IMG/VR virus record: IMGVR_UViG_3300013767_000202 | Span: 1-56,024 of that record | DNA length: 56,024 bases | Source: a virus | Taxonomy: Duplodnaviria; Caudoviricetes | Reading direction: 5' to 3' (one strand) | Shown here: one piece after another, positions 55,750 to 56,024 of the stretch | Layout of the letters: the number at the start of each line of letters is the position of its first letter | Numbering within the stretch: the stretch's first letter is position 1 | Translations under genes and position numbers: made by a program | The notes under the pieces: generated by a model | Database searches by the model: none | What the model was told of the DNA's origin: nothing | Seen by the model: the letters and a program-made list of their open reading frames with translations, nothing else

Positions 55750-55778
55750 AGCATATCTATATCATATGATATATGCAA
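55750..55778 (-). promoter_or_regulatory. Promoter of acr operon with palindromic operator
   Basis: TTGCAT-N17-TATGCT; perfect 16-bp palindrome TATATCATATGATATA (55758-55773) in the spacer. Confidence 0.7.
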
Positions 55779-56024
55779 GGAAATGCACTACCGTTGGTCG
55801 TGCTATTTCTGAGAGGGAATTATGTTCGGTCGGCAGAACGCCGGGGGGAGGGAGGCCGCAGCATGCGTTATCGGCATAACACCTATGGGGGTGGTGATGG
55901 CATGGGGCGCACAGAATTCAAGCTAGAGCTAAAAGTTTTAGGACGCGTCCGAAAATCTGAGATAGGGGCAGCGCTGGAGGCGGCAATAAGCGAGGACCGT
56001 CAGAAACGACAAAGCCCTGAATAA

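Larger units (their letters stand above)
1..56024. mobile_element. Temperate siphovirus-like prophage (lambdoid gene order), probably Pseudomonas host
   Basis: Integrase at left edge, cI/cro switch, replication, nin, terminase, portal, capsid, lambda-like tail and lysis genes in canonical order; att sites not visible. Confidence 0.95.

Noticed and set aside
55773-56024. Terminal 83-aa ORF and possible attR
   Set aside because: No recognisable motif or clear start; no direct repeat matching the left end can be seen because the window starts at the int stop codon.

Overview
The window is an essentially complete ~56 kb lambdoid siphovirus-type temperate prophage of a Pseudomonas-like host. The host is inferred from gene families and high GC; no att sites are visible. 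Gene order: integrase/DUF4224 xis, leftward early accessory and recombination region, pL with a moron block, cI/cro, Rha antirepressor, replication, nin, Q, holins, terminase/head, lambda-like tail (TMP, M, L, K, I, J) with morons, endolysin/spanins, and a terminal anti-CRISPR-like operon. The main result is an apparently intact diversity-generating retroelement (RT, TR, Avd) in the EARLY region. One ~105-nt template repeat diversifies THREE paralogous small, signal-less C-type-lectin-like (DUF1566-like) proteins, one lying ~5.9 kb away, and it does not target the tail fibre. All 29 hand-counted TR/VR substitutions fall at TR adenines. Other notable items: an AcrIF11-like ADP-ribosyltransferase with a palindrome-containing promoter and a candidate new Aca regulator; an ABC-ATPase/TOPRIM plus Dam-like methylase pair between cI and pL; a RelE-type TA pair and a SLATT-like gene among the tail morons; and several families of repeated structured leader elements. 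All family calls are by motif recognition and synteny; no database searches were run.
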